A stretch of 64,000 nucleotides of DNA. Source: Botryllus schlosseri. Its lineage: Eukaryota. Shown piece by piece: positions 49,666-62,639 of this stretch (its first letter is position 1; every line of letters starts with the position of its first letter). The position numbers and the translations under genes were made by a program. A model generated the notes under the pieces. It saw nothing but the letters and a program-made list of their open reading frames with translations, searched no databases and had not been told where the DNA came from. Location of the stretch: contig CM119372.1 of NCBI GenBank assembly GCA_051294905.1, forward strand, positions 23,066,001-23,130,000, given 5' to 3'.

Positions 49666-50641
49666 CAGTGTTGGGATCAAGTCACTACCTTCGAGTCACG
49701 AGTCATTCCGAGTCATTGCACATTTTGACTTGAGTCAAGTCAAGTCAATCGATTTTCAAAGGTGACTCGAGTCAAGTCAAGTCACTCGATTTTTGGCGGT
49801 GACTCGAGTCAAGTCGAGTCAAGTCAAGTCAAGTCACGAGTCAAGTCACATTTCAAGTCAAGTTGCCTTTTCGAAGTATGAGGCATGATTACGTCATTGC
49901 AATTTGCTAGCTGTCTGAAATACAGATTGAGGGATCATTGATTCCGAACCAATGAACGAATATAGAGTGGAATATACCGGCAAGAAGGCGCGATATCGCT
50001 CACATACACGTAGAACTGTTGAGCTACGTAAGTAATTGCATAGCCTAAGTTTATATAGTTACCAGCCAAAATAGAGAATAGAGAGACGACTTGATAAGAT
50101 GCAATACATTACTCATTTACACATACATATGATAAAATTCCAGCTTGCGCTAATGGTCGAGGACAATATACACTATATTCGAATTCGATTTCAATAAAAC
50201 AAGAGGTTCGGTTAAGGTAAGAACATAGAACAGAAATAGACGTTTTTCTATTTTATTACTTTACTACTAGAGTTTACGACAACGTAACTGTAAGCTTCGA
50301 TCACTTCGTTTGCGATCAATTTATTTATGAGAGAACAATCGAGGCTCAGTGAAACGATCGATCGTTGAATGATTGGTCGCTTTCAAGGGTTACACAAGCG
50401 TTTCGTGAACAATCCGAACATATGCAAGATACAGTGATTTTTATCGGCTCCGATTACTTGATGACTTGAAATTGACTCGTGAATTTTGCTCCGAGTCACG
50501 AGTCAAACCGCATTTCTGATACGCCGAGTCAAGTCAAGTCAAGTCATTTTAGCAAAGTGACTCGAGTCAAGTCAAGTCATAGGAAAAAGGTGACTCGAGT
50601 CTGACTCGAGTCAAGTCATGACTCGAGTCATCCCAACACTG
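49666..50641 (+). mobile_element. CAGTGTTGGGA-family hAT MITE, intact 976-bp copy
   Basis: Perfect TIRs CAGTGTTGGGAT; TSD TGTTGAAG. Confidence 0.93.
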
Positions 50642-50746
50642 TGTTGAAGTCAGTCATTGGGTATTCATGTGAATTGGTTACACTGCTCTTAGACATGTGC
50701 CATAACATACTGGTAAACATAAATTATTCTCCATGCTCAGTATACC

Positions 50747-50866
50747 TAGGCTTACCATATTTCGGAAATGAAAAAAGAGGACACTTTTTGAGAAATTTCA
50801 GACAAGCAAAACTGGAGAAGAATTCTCAAAAACAGGTAAATTTCACCCGCTTCATGATCGGATGAC

Positions 50867-50897
<31 letters not shown>

Positions 50898-51205
50898 TCA
50901 TCACTTTTGCTCAGAGCTCAAAAACACGTTTTTCACTCCACATTGCCAGGTGGATGACTAAAATAAAAAAAAAAAAAAAAAAAAAAGGTCATCACTTCCG
51001 CTCAGAGCTGAAATCACCCCTTTTCCCTCCGAAATACCCGCCGGAGCTTCACTTCTGCTCTAATTTGCGGCATATGACTCGCGATTTCCTCTAAATATGA
51101 CCTAAATTTTCAAAAAAGAGGACAAAAGGGCGTCCTCCGAGGACACTTTCAAAAAAGTCAAAAAAGAGGACAAATCCTCTTAAAAGAGGACGTATGGTAA
51201 GCCTA
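50747..51205 (+). mobile_element. TAGG(G/C)TTACC-family hAT MITE upstream of UQCRC2
   Basis: TIR TAGGCTTACCATA/TATGGTAAGCCTA; TSD AGTATACC. Confidence 0.9.
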
Positions 51206-51739
51206 AGTATACCAAGTTTGGTTGTGGCTTTTCCTGTGAACTTTTGCCTGCCAGATTATTTCGTGGTGCATATAGATGACCTTATGATATTTGGTCAAGG
51301 GTCAATGCGCAATTATTGGTCTGTCGTATTGCTGCTGGAGTTTGCTGAGTCGGTTTTATTCATTAGCTGTTCGTTTTGACCTTATTGGATAAACCAGATA
51401 TTTAGTCAAATATTTATAGTTACGACGAGCTTCTAAAGGTTGATAGATTTTGTGAAAATAATTACCGTTGAAATCACAAATTTTCAATCAGAAGTGGTAT
51501 TGTAAAAAAGGGATACCGCACCACTCGGAACTCGCACCAGTAAAAAAATCAAGCTTGTTTTGTTGTAAGTGGAGTCGTCGAATGTCGAATGGTAGTACCA
51601 CCTAATCTACACGAAAAGGGTTTGAGTATTTCATCAACGAACGGCAGCCTACACTGTTAACAAGCTTAATCGTAATTTATTTTCTTGCTGCAGGCTAGAG
51701 CCGCCCCTTTGTTTTGCTAATATTTTATCCTCCGCTGAA

Positions 51740-54700
51740 ATGTTTCAAAGGCCGATTTCAAGATTGAATTTGAGAAGATTGTATTCCAAGCAGCTTGTTT
51801 CCCAGGTTTGTACTGCTATTATATTGTCTTTGCAGTTGGAATTTTGAACTTTCCATCAACGTTTCGAAGGAAATCGCGGAAAAGGAGATAGCCAAAACCA
51901 AGTTGGATAATGGATTAACAGTTGTGTCGGTGGATGTTGCAAACAAGCACTCCAATGTTTCAATTTTTGCTCGTGCCGGGAGCCGATATGAAGATCCGTC
52001 TTTGAATGCAGGAGTATCTCATTGTCTTCGCTCAGCATCGTGTTTAACATCAAGCGAGTCTTCCGCATGGAATGCAACACAGTTACTGGGCTCATTGGGC
52101 GGCGATTTCTCAGTCACTGGAACTAGGGTAAGAAGAAATGGTCCTTGCTGTTAAGTAACTGAATGAGGGTATTTTCATATTCGTACTAATCTTAGATTAG
52201 CACGACTATCCTAAACATAATCTATAGATCATGAATCATTGGACAAAAGCATGGACTTAATTGTGCTTAGAATATCAATTAAAATGATCACAAAATTTAT
52301 TGGAGTCCATTTGGTATTATTCTACCTCTTACATGTGATATTGAGATTATGTAGGTCAGAGGTCTACAAGCTTTTTGAAAGGTTGCCAACACTGCAGTGA
52401 ATATAATATGTAACCAAAATTATGTCTGATGTAACTGCCCAGTATGCTATTTCACATTCTTCAATGCCAATTGGAAATTTATAGTGGCAGATTAAAATTG
52501 ATACCACTATGCACTATTTTTTCTGTTTAGTGATTGACCCTAAGAATGGCCACAAAGTGATACCAAATGGACAGGGTCAAGAAATGAGAAATTATTTTTA
52601 TTGACGATTAACTGGCATTCTTTTAATAAGTACCGTAATTTTCCGAATATAGTGCGCCCCCATGTATAATTATCACCCTTAAAATGACGTGTATATTCTT
52701 GGAAAAAGCCTGTACCCATGTAGGCCTATAGTACGCACCCTGCATTCGCGTTTTGCGATGTCACTGTCGAACAATCGTGACGTAATGATCGCTAATCATA
52801 ATACAATTAACGGCATTGTCTCTAAACGAGAGAAGATAGTAGCGAAAGCCTGTGAGGTGGGCGACGCGATAGCTCAGGCTAGCGACACACGACATCTTGC
52901 GCACGTGGCCTATTACAATGACAGATGCGATTGCTCAGGCCAACGGTTATGTCGTGCGCACCAGTTCTGTTGGAGATGCGACTGATTACGCAAGCGATTA
53001 TATCTTGCGCACATGGCATCTTGTGTAATGTGTATGCGATTGTTAAGGCCAGTCGTTGACGCGATGAATCAACAAGGATTGCCGCGCATGCTTGTAGCAA
53101 TCAGCGACCTGATTTCGCTCGCGTACAAACGGCAAACCAACTCAGCAAGAGATGGCGTGCTTTGCAGATGACTCTCGTTAATTAGAAACACGCTTTTAGT
53201 TAATTGGCAACACGCTTCTCTATTTGGCAGCACGTTACACTCTATAATACGAATTACGGGGCCCAATGGCTAGAGGTGATGCGCGATTTAAACAAACATG
53301 AAGAAAGGTGTGATTTCTAGTTTTTGATCGAGGGATTTTTTTTTCAAGGCTTGCTGTACCCATGTATAATACGCACCCCCCTATTTTAGGGAAAAAAATC
53401 GGTAAAATTTTGCGCATTATACATTGAAAATTACGGTATCTCTTTTGTGACCAAAAGAAAACAATGCCAGTTACTCTTCATTAAAATATTAAATAAAATA
53501 CCAAATCAAATACATATTTGAACATTATCTCATTATTACTGGTATGACATCATAACAGTTGTTAGTAGACTCGGTATCCAATTGGTCAAGTCGTCGATTT
53601 TGCCCAGCATTTGTGCCGAACACTCTTTTCGTTTTTTGACAGGAACACGTCATTTATAATCTCAAGTCCGGGAGGAGAGTTTGGCGAGACCTTGTCACTG
53701 AGGTCCTCGCTCCAAACTTCAACAGCAAATACTTTTGGTGGGAGCTCGACAGCATCAGCAAAGCGATGAAAAGCCAAGCTGCTCAAGCGCGCTGCGACCC
53801 CACATTCGGGGTTATGGACGCCGTTCACGAAGCTTCGTTTCGGGGCGGGCTTGCGAATTCCGTGATCTGCCGTGACGAGCTCATCGGATCCCATTCTACC
53901 GAGACGCTGAAGGTTAGTCTCTCCTACTCGTAGGTAGTCAATGTAAGCCGGTGTTGGTGCTCAACTAGAAGGAGAAGTACCACCCAAAATTCTACTCATT
54001 ATGTATCGTTGTTTGTTTTCTATATTATGTCGTCTTACAAACAAAATATTTCCTATTATACAAATTGGGTTCACAATTAATTAAATCAATAATTGAATCA
54101 ATTAAAGAAGTAGAAGTACCGATCTTCAAAGCATGATGAAACTGATGAAATTGAAAGTAGAAAATTGAGATCTGAAAATTACTTGAGTAAGGGTTTTCTG
54201 AAAGTAGTTTTGGTATAATATACTTTTGGCAGGTGGCCATTTTTTGGAATGGCAGGATGCATCTTTTCTACTGAAGCAAAATGACAACAAAGAGGTGCAA
54301 TTTTCAAAAATATATTCAGTCATCGTGATACAGGAAGATAGCTTGAAAAGATGTGAAGAAGCGATTGTGATTATGGTTTAATGACGTCCAGTTACTTCCA
54401 TGGTCCACACATCAGTAAATTTTGGATCACTATAATTTGGAAAGCATGAGGGTGCTATTGTTAGTGTTGTCTTGGAGATGACGGTAAAATTGTCGATTAC
54501 TACTTGTGCTCCTTTCAAGTTTAAACTGTGCCAGACTACATTTTTTGAGGCGGTGACTTATGTTTACTCCTTTGCGTAGGACTTTTTCAAGTCGCGATAT
54601 ACAGCGGAAAATTTGGTTCTTGTTGGGTCCGGCGTTGATCACAATGAGCTTTGCGATGTCGGGGACAGTTTACAACTGGGTGAGTGTTTCAGTGTACTAG

Positions 54701-57700
54701 GCAGTTTTGCCAGAACCTTGACAATGATCCAACTTTCGATTTGTCAAATCAATTGCATACCTCAGAAATTCGTTCACTGAAAGGTCTATATTCATACCGG
54801 TATCTCAAATTGCGACTCGCCCAACCCGGCCGACATCTATTTAAAGACAACAGCTGGCATAAATGAAGGAAAATAATATAATGATATTAATTCCAATCTC
54901 AATATCATTGAACCGAATGATATTCAACCCGTGTTGCGTCACGGGTTACATTTTGCTCATCGTAACTTTCACTCCGTAAACTACCAAGAGGCGTTATAAT
55001 ATCGTATACCAGGGGTCACCAACCCGGTGCCCGCGGGCCCCAGGTAGCCCGCAAGGACTAGATGAGTAGCCCGCGAGCCCATTCTAAAAATAGGTGGAAT
55101 AGCAGCATTTACCAATATTCGTCAGATTATTACCAGTGAGCTTATAAATATATAGATTGATTGATTCAGGTATTCTTGTTTAAAACACACTAACTTGTAA
55201 CTTACATTTATTAACACTTATAAATATCCTCAATTACAATTTGTAATAAGAAATTGAAGATACGGCGCATTGCCTATACAGACGACATGACGGTATGCCA
55301 TCCACGGTCTTCTTGAAATGGCTGGGGGTTCCGTTTGGGGGGAGATAGCGTAGTGGTGACGATAAGCGCCTACCAAGCAGTCGGACGCGGTTCGATTCTC
55401 GTCGGAGGTTCATTTGGGCTCCTCTTCCCCCGCTGTCGCCGTTCTTACAGCGACAAAAAGACCCGAAAAATGAAAGCACTCGCAAGGAATGGAAAGAACT
55501 AGTAGGCTTCAAAAAGATCAACATCGAAAAAGAACTGTGACATCGGGCACTCTAGGCCGAGGTGGATGTTTGAGTAAAGGATCGCTACTGATGCATGTCG
55601 TTCGACATCCTCCTATCAGTTCATTACATTGCATTGTGTCTTATCGCCTTGTACATTGTGTGTAGCTTGTCCAGATGAAAATTATAACCCAATGTATTGT
55701 ATTGTATGATTGCTCGACGTCCAGGACAATGCCAAAGTAGCAAACAATATTACTATTCGGAGTCAGATAGCCGTGAAGTACTAGCAGATTTTCAATATCT
55801 GTAAACCCATTACGTATTGCATCTTTTGACACAGCTTGTTTCTGTTACAATCAACGCAGTTTAATATACCATGTTTCTAACTTTCTGTAATCGTTGCTGC
55901 TGTCCGGTGTAATGAAATCTTGTCATTCTGGATGCTGAACAGTTGAGGATTGAAATTGTAGCAAGCTGCAAAATGACCCCCACCTCAGTCTGCAGCAAAC
56001 GTTTGGTGTCTTGTTGATACGTAAAAGTACAGTGGTGTATGCGCAATTGCGCATCAGCTATGAAAGTTGCAGGCGTCTATGGTTCAACTTATCGTTGTGA
56101 ATCAGCCTTTTTGGACATGAACTTCATCAAAAACAAACACAAAACACGCTTGATCAATGCACATCTGGAACACTCACTCAGAATTGCAGTGTCAAGTTAC
56201 ACACCAGAGTACAGCGCACTAGTTGATATCATACAATGTCAGGCTTCCCACTGACTGCTATAGAAACAGATAACATGATGTCCAGTCCTGCCCAGTGCTA
56301 TGAATATCAAAGCGGAAATTCACTGTGGTACGGGTAAACGGTGGGAGTAAATAGTAGCCCGTCGCTTCAATCATTACGCAAAAGTAGCCCTCGGTTGCAA
56401 AAAGGTTGGTGACCCCTGTCGTATACCCTATGAATGTTTGAATTGTTTTAACTTAGAAGTTGTTTCATGCAAATGATTAGAATTTAAACGCCGGAAAATT
56501 TTCACATATCAAAAATATAATATTATCTGAGAGGTTGGCAACAGCTAAATCAGTGGTTCTTAACCTTGTCTCCAGCGCCCCCAGGGGGCGATTTGGATTT
56601 TAAAGGGGGCGCTGGGCTCGAGGGGGCGGAATGGGGGGCGCTGAAGAAAAATGGCCTCACAGTAGATGGTGTAGGCTAGAAAAGATATATGATTATATAG
56701 TAGAACAATAGTTCTATACATCCCTGAGTTCTCATTGCAAACTAACAATCATCAAAACCTGTCAAATAACGTTTTTCTTTCGCTCATCGTGAAATATCCA
56801 CCAACCATGCTTCCATGAATGCTGTGGTTTATTTTAATTCATGTAAAAGGAATTTGGCGTACTTTTGGATTGTCAATTCCCCGTTAAAACACTCCCGCAA
56901 CGCTAGCTACTCCAAGTCCTTTCGACATCTTCCTATCTTTTCATTTTAGGGCAGTTTTGTGGTGTTTTGAAATTATGAAAATAATAATAAACTGATATTT
57001 ATACCGATAGCTTGGGTTAGTTTCCACAAAATGTTTTGAACTAGGTATTGTTGAAAACTAGGCGAAGTTGAAAAGGCACAGTAGGCTACTGTACAACTTT
57101 TGAGAGTGATGCCCCTTGTACAATGATGTTTCGAAAATTTTTGGCCAAAATGATTAACTAAATATACTTGTATATGAGAGCTACAAAACTAAATCGTCGG
57201 GATATTTCTTCATTGTATCATAATGGATGATGCTGCTTAGTGTTGTTAACCCAATTCATGTTAAAGTTAAGAGCTTGGTGCTGGACTAAATTTAATGTGA
57301 GCAGATCTCTACCAGATTCTCAGTTGATTTAGCAGTCACACAAAGCAATGATCAAAACCCAATACAATTAGCTTCCCCGTATTGCCAATCGAAGAGGAGA
57401 ATTCCGGATGTGTACATCGATCTCAAACCAAATGCTATGATCCCGTAGGCCTTACCCGATGTATGTTATAACAACAACCTGGATTTGATGATCGAAAACA
57501 GCATATACAATCAGACCATTAATTAGTTGACTGTTCTAATAGCGAAGTCCCAACCGGAAACCGCACTTTGGCTACTTACCCATTGTTTTTTACTACAGTC
57601 CTTGAAATAGGGGCGCTGGGCCCAGGCAATTTTTGAAAGGGGCGCTGGAGAGAAAACGGTTAAGAACCACTGAGCTAAACTATGGAAAAAGTATCAAATA

Positions 57701-60700
57701 TGGTATGGAATAATGTTGCTATGGTACGGAACGATTGAGGCGTGTATGGAGCAGGGCTTTGGAGCCGGAGCCCCGGAGCCGTGCATTTTCACTGGAGCTG
57801 GAGCCGGAGCTCTATATAAAATTCAGCCGGAGCCGGAGCTGGAGCCCGTTATTTGAGGAGTAGCTCCGGCTCCGACCTATTTCATAAGATGCTATTATAT
57901 ATGTAACAACCACATCTGCTGATTTATCATACCTGAACAGCAGGCCTGAATTTTAACGCTGTGCACAGCAATGGCATAGAGCAGGGCCGGCCAACCCGTG
58001 GCCCGCGAGAAGGTTTTGAGTGGCTCGCGAGGTCATTTCCGAAATTTCTAATATCATCAAAAATGGATTGTACAAAAATTTGATTAGTCTGGCCGGAACA
58101 CTTGAGATGTGATGACTAAAATATCAGTTCCGACGCATTGACAGATCCATCAGCCATTCACATATATTGGTATATCTTCGTACACTACAATAAAGCAGAA
58201 TAATTTGCGGTAGATTTATCAAAGGTAAAAATTTTCTACAAGCTTGGCGCAACATGTTGTCACTCGATTTCTTATTTTTAATATTGTTGCCCTTTTGTGA
58301 AAATGGAAGAACACTTAATGTATCAGATTGAGTCTAACTATATTCGCGATTACGAGACAAAGTGTCGTTCAACATTGCGTTAGCGCTCGCAGTAAGACCG
58401 TCGACTATGAAACCTAGGCACGAAATGATTGACGCATGTTGGTCGCATCTTTCGATATCGATATATCCAAGCGCCACATAGCCCAGTCCTCGCAAAATTA
58501 GCCCAGCGATATACAACAGGCCCGCAATACAGTCAAATGACAATATTATTGACCTATGAACTTCAAAAAATTTTCGCGCTTAGTAATCTATATAGACCAG
58601 GAATGGCCAACCTTTTCGGCTAAAGGGGCACATGCAATTGACGAACGAGTGCGCGGTCCACTAGCCGCGTCAAGCAGGTAAAATTTTCAAAGTTCATAAA
58701 TAAATTAGGTCAATAATATTATTACTTGAGTATATTGCGGGTCTATTGTATGCCGCCCGCTAGGCTCAGTATGCTAGGGCACGACTATTCGGCGTCTGGC
58801 CACATCGATATCGAAGGTCTCCGATAATATGCGACAATCATTTTGTGGCTACATTTCACCGTCGACGATCTTTATGCGAGCGCAAACGCGAAAAGACCTT
58901 CTCCCGTAATTGCGAATACAGTTAGACTCAATCGGGTAAATTAGGCGTTTTTTTTTCATTTTCAGTAGGGGGTAGGCTACCAAGCAAGAAATCGTGTAAC
59001 AATTAAACACGCGAAGCGTGAAGAAAAATTTCGCTACTATTTTAGTTTATTGTAATGTACGACGATTTACTGAAAATGTGACTGGACCCCGGATCTGCCA
59101 ATGCGTCGGAACTGATATTTTAGTCATCAACATCCCAAGTGTCGCAGCCAGAATTGTAATTTTTGGTTGACTTTGCAAGTTCACAATCTGAGCAATTCAT
59201 TTTCGATAATATATATAATAGGAAATTACCTCGCGGGCCACGCAAAACCCTCTCGCGGGTCACATTTGCCCCGCGGGTTGGCTACCCCTGATATAGACAG
59301 ACCTATTCGATAATTTCAGAGCCGGAGCTGGAGCCGGAGCTAATGTATGATAGAAGAAAGCTCCGGAGCCGGAGCTGGAGCAGTTTAAATTTACGGCTGC
59401 TCCAAAGCCCTGGTATGGAGTATGGAAATTTCCCATTCCATACCATACCATGCCCTGAATTGGTACAGGGACGCAAACAGTCACCTGTTGTGTCTTTATG
59501 GCCTCTTACCAAATATTTCACCATCTCCAAATTTTCAAAAGATTTTTAATCGGTTGCCATCACGAAGTAATCTGTAATGAAACTTTGGCTGCCATGAAAG
59601 TGTTCATTAGGTATTCTGCAATGCCAAACGTACCTCCGACTTGCCATACTTCATCGAAATTTAACTATTTGATAAAGGAAATATTGACAATGCGACATTG
59701 TTCAAGTCCGTCTCGGAATAAGTAATTTGGTCGTGCTCTCTTACGTTGGTGATTCTGTTGTTGAATTTTAAATACATTGGATTCACATTGGACATTGTCA
59801 TATATGATTACTGTCCTACGAAGGCATATAACGTAATTCTTCCATTCCATTGATAGGTTGTTGCATCTGCCGTAGTATAGCTGATGCCACCACCATATCA
59901 AAGCAAAACCCCTTGAAATTTTTTCGTTAATTCTGACGGGACCTTGCGATTTAATTGAGAGGAATTTGTTATCGCATGTTTCATTTCAGATTTGGGAGCC
60001 GGATCGGCGCCGAGTCCGTCTGGATTTGTGTCGAGCGAAGTTCGTCGTTTTACTCCGGGAGATGAAGTCAGCGTTGGCTTGTCCTTCAATGGAGTCGCAC
60101 TCACCGACCAAGACGCGATTGCGGTGGCAATTTTGCAGCATATATTAGGTTAGAAGTGGTTCTGTTCATTTGTTTCCGTAGAATTTTAGACAGTAAGTGT
60201 CCAGTATAATTTTTCATATCAGTGATCGAAATTAAAGAGTTCGGTTTCATTGTAACTGGTTCTGCATCACAGGTTCCAATTCTTTCGTGAAGCGTCAATC
60301 CGGCACGGCAAGCGGCCTGGCGAGTTTGGTGGCGAACAAAGTATCCGGTCCATTCTCTCTGTCCTGTTACAACATGAATTACTCCGACGCGGGCATACTC
60401 GGGGTCTACATGAAGTCGAATTCCAAGTCTGCGGCCTCGCTGTTGACGGCAGTCGTTGACGAAACGGCGGCCATGGCTGCTGGCAATATTAGCGTAAAGA
60501 CAATAGACGCGGCAAAGCATTCGCTCAAGGTCAGTTGTTCGGTTGAAGCTTTAGCTTTTGTTTCTTCGAAATGTATGCATGACGCCATATAATTATTGCT
60601 TACTAGTGTAGCTATAGCACGCCCTGCTCACCTGTCTTGAATTACTCTTCAGAGAAGTTTCTTTCAATCGATGAACATAACTTTCCGTAATTGAAGCTCT

Positions 60701-61163
60701 GTGTGTTACGTGCTTATTTGTACTTGAATTAGGCATCGTTAATACTCGAGAGGTAACACTCAAGTAATGCTGTGTAATTCTACTCGAATACGAACAGCGA
60801 TATCGAAAATTGTTCAAAAGTGCCCGGGTGCAAAGTAGCTTACTTTACTGTCTTCGAAAACGTAGAGTCTAATACTATGTGACTATTTAGTAAGTAATGC
60901 GTGTAGATAGAATTCTGTCAATCTATTCTGTCATTCAGTCAAAGCTTCTGATGAACACGGAAAGCGCCGAAGGTCTTGTTGCGGAGGCCGGCGTTCAAGT
61001 GTCTCTCCTCGGGGACTACGTCAGTTCGGACAGTGTGGTTGATAAAGTCGACGCAGTCACCGCATCGCAAGTGAACAGAGTCGCTAAAAAAGTTCTCGGC
61101 GGGTCTAAGAGTCTGGCTGTCGTCGGTAACACGTCAGCGTCGCCGTACTTGTCGGAGCTTTGA
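51740..61163 (+). CDS. UQCRC2: Cytochrome b-c1 complex subunit 2, mitochondrial (core protein II, non-catalytic M16 peptidase fold), 444 aa
   Basis: Phase-consistent exons: 51740-51805, 51870-52127, 53643-53912, 54580-54679, 59990-60148, 60273-60529, 60939-61163. Arg-rich presequence MFQRPISRLNLRRLYS, then TKLDNGL..AGSRYE..GVSHCLR (HxxEH lost), AILQHILG...VKR, NYSDAGILGVY and C-terminal PYLSEL. Confidence 0.92.
52633..53436. mobile_element. Tc1/mariner (pogo/Tc2-like) MITE in UQCRC2 intron 2
   Basis: TIR CCGTAATTTTC/GAAAATTACGG with TA TSD. Confidence 0.85.
55010..56418 (+). mobile_element. hAT (Buster/Charlie) deletion derivative retaining transposase C-terminal remnant
   Basis: TIR CAGGGGTCACCAACC/GGTTGGTGACCCCTG; TSD TCGTATAC. 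56039-56254 encodes YGSTYRCESAF..M..IK.K..TRL....L...LRIA..QCQASH (hAT dimerisation region). Confidence 0.9.
55342..55710 (+). mobile_element. Full-length SINE family 2 with (TGTAT)n tail
   Basis: tRNA-like head GAGATAGCGTAGTGG..GGTTCGATTC. The body matches the 38573 and 38821 copies. Confidence 0.85.
56551..57672. mobile_element. hAT MITE (CAGTGGTTCTTAACC, GGGGCG repeats)
   Basis: TIRs intact; TSD AGCTAAAT/AGCTAAAC. Confidence 0.85.
57752..59412. mobile_element. hAT MITE CAGGGCTTTGGAGC (GGAGCC repeats)
   Basis: TIR CAGGGCTTTGGAGC/GCTCCAAAGCCCTG; TSD GTATGGAG. It is itself inserted in a (GGTAT/CCATA)-rich MITE ending at 59457. Confidence 0.88.
57982..59290. mobile_element. Long-arm inverted-repeat hAT MITE (CAGGG..GCCAACCCG)
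   Basis: Ends CAGGGCCGGCCAACCCG/CGGGTTGGCTACCCCTG, with internal inverted match GATGACTAAAATATCAGTTCCGACGCATTG/CAATGCGTCGGAACTGATATTTTAGTCATC. The TSD is degraded (GCATAGAG/ATATAGAC). Confidence 0.72.
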
Positions 61164-61759
61164 TGACGGAAATTCGTATCATTTTGTGGCATAAATAGTC
61201 ATGTTTATTGGATTCTACGAGACAATATTGTGTTCTTCGTTGCGATCGTGTCTTGGGATGAGGGTAGAATATCTGTGATGCGACGCGCCATTGTTGACAG
61301 ATCGGCGCTTGGTTTTTCCTTTACAGGAGAATTTGGCCATATGTGTGTAGCGTAGTGCAGTGGTTCTCAACCTTCTTGACCTCGCGGCACCCTAGCACTT
61401 GAAATACCACACCTGGGGAGGTAGTATAGTGGGCACTGAACCGTTACAACACCAGCGTCAGGGTTCAACTACAGAAAAATAACGAGAAGGCTACCCTGAG
61501 TGCGAGATTTGGCTGGAATATTGATAAAACTAATGAATCTAATTACAGCGTGTCATTGCTCGGCACGAGGTTATGATGGTGCGGGTGACTAGAAAAACGT
61601 CAATACATTCGGCCAGACCTCAACATCACGACCCAATTACCGTTTATTTAGTTATCACCATCTTTAATGCTACTGTGGGCGAGTTGGCGTTCCAACGCCA
61701 ATGACGGTTCAAGGCCCGGGTTTGATTCTTGGCAGTAGCACGTTCCTAACCGCCGGGGG

Positions 61760-62002
61760 TGGTGATGAGGTAGCGTACTGGTATAATCCACAGCTGCAAC
61801 ACCAATGGGTCGGGGGTTCGAGTCCGACCGAGGTCGACTCCAGAATTCCCACCGAAGTGTAAGCGGTGTCTTGGAAAAGCCTGGAAGTTGGTCGTGCTAC
61901 AAGTCGGCAACTACGAAATAAAAATGATGAAAATTGGCCAGATGCAGGCTAAATGACCATAGTAGTCGACAATCACCATGAATATTACAAACAACAACAA
62001 CC
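61760..62002 (+). mobile_element. SINE family 3
   Basis: Homologous to the 40957 copy; (CAA)n tail. Confidence 0.72.
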
Positions 62003-62189
62003 GTCGCCGGTATATCGAGATACGTAGCTGAGCTTACATTGGACTTACAACAAAGGATAGACCTCATCAAGGATATGACTACACGCAAATGACAAATGAT
62101 TCGCCGATAGCCATGATCGCGGCGATGTAATTAATTGGAGCCGCGATCAACACCATCGCGTGAATGCGTGATGAAGATCCAGTATCCAG

Positions 62190-62639
62190 CAGTGTTTGGG
62201 ATCAAGTCACTACCTTCGAGTCACGAGTCATTACACATTTTGACTTGAGTCAATCGATTTTCGAAGGTGAATCGAGTCAAGTCAAGTCACTCGATTTTTG
62301 GAAGTGCCTCGAGTCAAGTCAAGTTGCCTTTTTGAAGTATGAGGCATGGTTACGTCATTACATTTTGCTAGCTGTCCGAAATACAGATTGAGTGGTCATT
62401 CTGATACTGAACCAATAAACGAATATATAGTTATATATACACGCAAGAAGGCGCTGTATCGCTCACACACACGCAGAACTGTTGAACTACGTAAGTAATT
62501 GCATAGTCTTAGTTTATAGTTACCACCAGTCAAAATAGAGCATAGAGAAACTAATTGATGAGATGTAATACATTACCTATTCACACATATTGATATGATA
62601 CAATTCGAGTCTGCGCCAATGGTTGAGGAGTATATTAAC
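62190..62639 (+). mobile_element. CAGTGTTGGGA-family MITE, left half (interrupted)
   Basis: Collinear with the 49666 copy until the insertion at 62640. Confidence 0.8.

Noticed and set aside
51795..51869. Signal-peptide-like N-terminus MFPRFVLLLYCLCS of the ORF-track protein
   Set aside because: It is read-through of the 51806-51869 intron. The spliced start at 51740 gives a typical mitochondrial presequence.
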